From IMG/VR virus record IMGVR_UViG_3300047560_001024, positions 1 to 57,610 of that record: 57,610 bases of DNA. One strand, 5' to 3'. Position numbers and translations under genes: made by a program. The DNA is from a virus. Taxonomy: Duplodnaviria; Caudoviricetes. Shown one piece after another: positions 56,413 to 57,610 of this stretch. Under the pieces are notes generated by a model. The model was not told the origin of the DNA, made no database searches, and saw only the letters and a program-made list of their open reading frames with translations. How positions within the stretch are numbered: position 1 is the stretch's first letter; each line of letters starts with the position of its first letter.

Positions 56413-57109
56413 TGTTCCCGGTATCGATTATCACGATTACCGAGACGATACTTATTACGGCAAATATCAGTATAGATTACGGGTCACTGTACCCGGAATC
56501 AGATATGCTTGGTATTCAGATATCGAGAAATTGAAAAAACGACTAACCGATAAGGGACAGAAGTTTTTTAGATTACGAGCTGATGAAAAGCAAGATATTA
56601 TCGACAATTTACCTAAGATTGAGGCAGTGATTAATTTCAAGGATAGTAACAAAAAGGTAAAAGACTTTACGTTACGCTGTGAGGGTGACACTGCCGCAGT
56701 ATTCGGTAATGACCCTCAGAAATTGAGAGACCTCGTAACTCAGTTCGGTGGCGATATTCAGCACGATTTAACCGAAGTAGTTACTAGCAGTATAACTGGG
56801 ACAAAGTATTTCGTCAACGAGCCTAAATATGGATACAGAGTTTACTTAAAGAGTAAACGTGCTCCGGAAGGGTTTAAAGAAGAACTTAAAAAGTTTCTGA
56901 AAACCAATAGTAAACTATTGACACCTAGCCCAGCAATGCGTAACTGGATCTCGGAGAAATACGTGAACAGTTACTGGTGGAATAACTACATGTCTAGTTA
57001 TTTCTTTATTGACTACAATGATGAGTCTACTTTAAGCTATCTAGCGTTGATGTACGGCGAAATGCTCGGCAAACGCTATAAATTAGAAAAGCGACCAGAT
57101 CCTGTCTGA
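56387..57109 (+). CDS. hypothetical protein
   Basis: AGGAG SD; 240 aa with possible internal duplication. Confidence 0.75.
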   Translation: MGLLKSVNDVPGIDYHDYRDDTYYGKYQYRLRVTVPGIRYAWYSDIEKLKKRLTDKGQKFFRLRADEKQDIIDNLPKIEAVINFKDSNKKVKDFTLRCEGDTAAVFGNDPQKLRDLVTQFGGDIQHDLTEVVTSSITGTKYFVNEPKYGYRVYLKSKRAPEGFKEELKKFLKTNSKLLTPSPAMRNWISEKYVNSYWWNNYMSSYFFIDYNDESTLSYLALMYGEMLGKRYKLEKRPDPV

Positions 57110-57112
57110 CAT

Positions 57113-57139
57113 GATAAATACTCTATTAATGGAGTATTT
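57113..57139 (+). promoter_or_regulatory. late promoter inside an SD-occluding hairpin
   Basis: GATAAATA 57113-57120; AAATACTCT/GGAGTATTT stem. Confidence 0.7.
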
Positions 57140-57141
57140 TC

Positions 57142-57309
57142 ATGGCAAAGATTGTAGAAGATGTATTAGTCATCAAATTCAGTAAAATCGTCAAGGACAG
57201 TGAATCAGAAGTTTCTGGCATCGCTGGTTCCGACGTTCAACAAGCATTAGAGCAAGTAGCACAAGAACTAGTCGGTGACGCAGTTGTTGTCGAAGTAGTG
57301 AGAGCATAA
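57142..57309 (+). CDS. small hypothetical late protein (55 aa, not in ORF track)
   Basis: MAKIVEDVLVIKFSK...VVEVVRA; GGAG SD; TAATG overlap with next ORF. Confidence 0.8.
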   Translation: MAKIVEDVLVIKFSKIVKDSESEVSGIAGSDVQQALEQVAQELVGDAVVVEVVRA

Positions 57310-57610
57310 TGAGCCAAACGATTACTACACTAATGCTAGGACAAACCGCTTTTGCAGGCAACAACACCACGGTTATCAGCGACCATTTCCCTGCAGCAGG
57401 ATACTACCTAAGCAAAAAGAACCTACAGACCCTAGCATGGAAACTAACTTCAGTTTCTGGGTATGTTTCATTTCAAGCAACATTGTCAGAAGTGCCAACT
57501 GACGGTGATTGGTTTGAAGTTCATTCTATTGACGCTGACGGATTAACTCAAATCAGTTATCAAAACGTTACTGGTAATTTCGTCTGGATCCGTGTCGTCA
57601 TCAGCAATTT
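57309..57610 (+). CDS. putative virion beta-sandwich protein (3' truncated)
   Basis: open to window end; SGYVSFQATL...DWFEV...GNFVWIRV. Confidence 0.75.
   Translation, partial: MSQTITTLMLGQTAFAGNNTTVISDHFPAAGYYLSKKNLQTLAWKLTSVSGYVSFQATLSEVPTDGDWFEVHSIDADGLTQISYQNVTGNFVWIRVVISN

Noticed and set aside
1-57610. Stop-codon reassignment, tRNA or rRNA genes
   Set aside because: Conserved genes are intact under the standard code; intergenic gaps are short and I found no cloverleaf by eye (tRNAscan would be decisive)

Overview
A 57.6 kb, AT-rich, gene-dense segment of a large T4-like (myovirus-type) bacteriophage genome using the standard genetic code. It carries replication genes (UvsW-like helicase end, clamp-loader subunits, primase, helicase, two exonucleases), virion genes (neck gp13/gp14, gp15, sheath, tube, gp4, two fibre proteins, Ig-like protein), dispersed lysis genes (GH19 endolysin, holin-like), chaperones (GroES, DnaJ, ClpA) and auxiliary genes (PhoH, MazG, NUDIX, dNMP kinase, divergent PurD-like ligase). 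Most striking: (1) a 7.4 kb gap-free array of 24 coupled ORFs, 18-20 of them small paralogues with variable N-termini and a conserved C-terminal F-x-L-R-W end whose codons (TTG AGG TGG) double as the Shine-Dalgarno of the next gene; one member carries a major-capsid (Gol-peptide-like) fragment; (2) a miniature DnaE-like polymerase split into two intein-free genes 37 kb apart; (3) a readable regulatory grammar of leaderless sigma70-type promoters, TAAATA late promoters and RBS-occluding hairpins at early/late boundaries. All calls come from motif recognition by eye; no database search was run.
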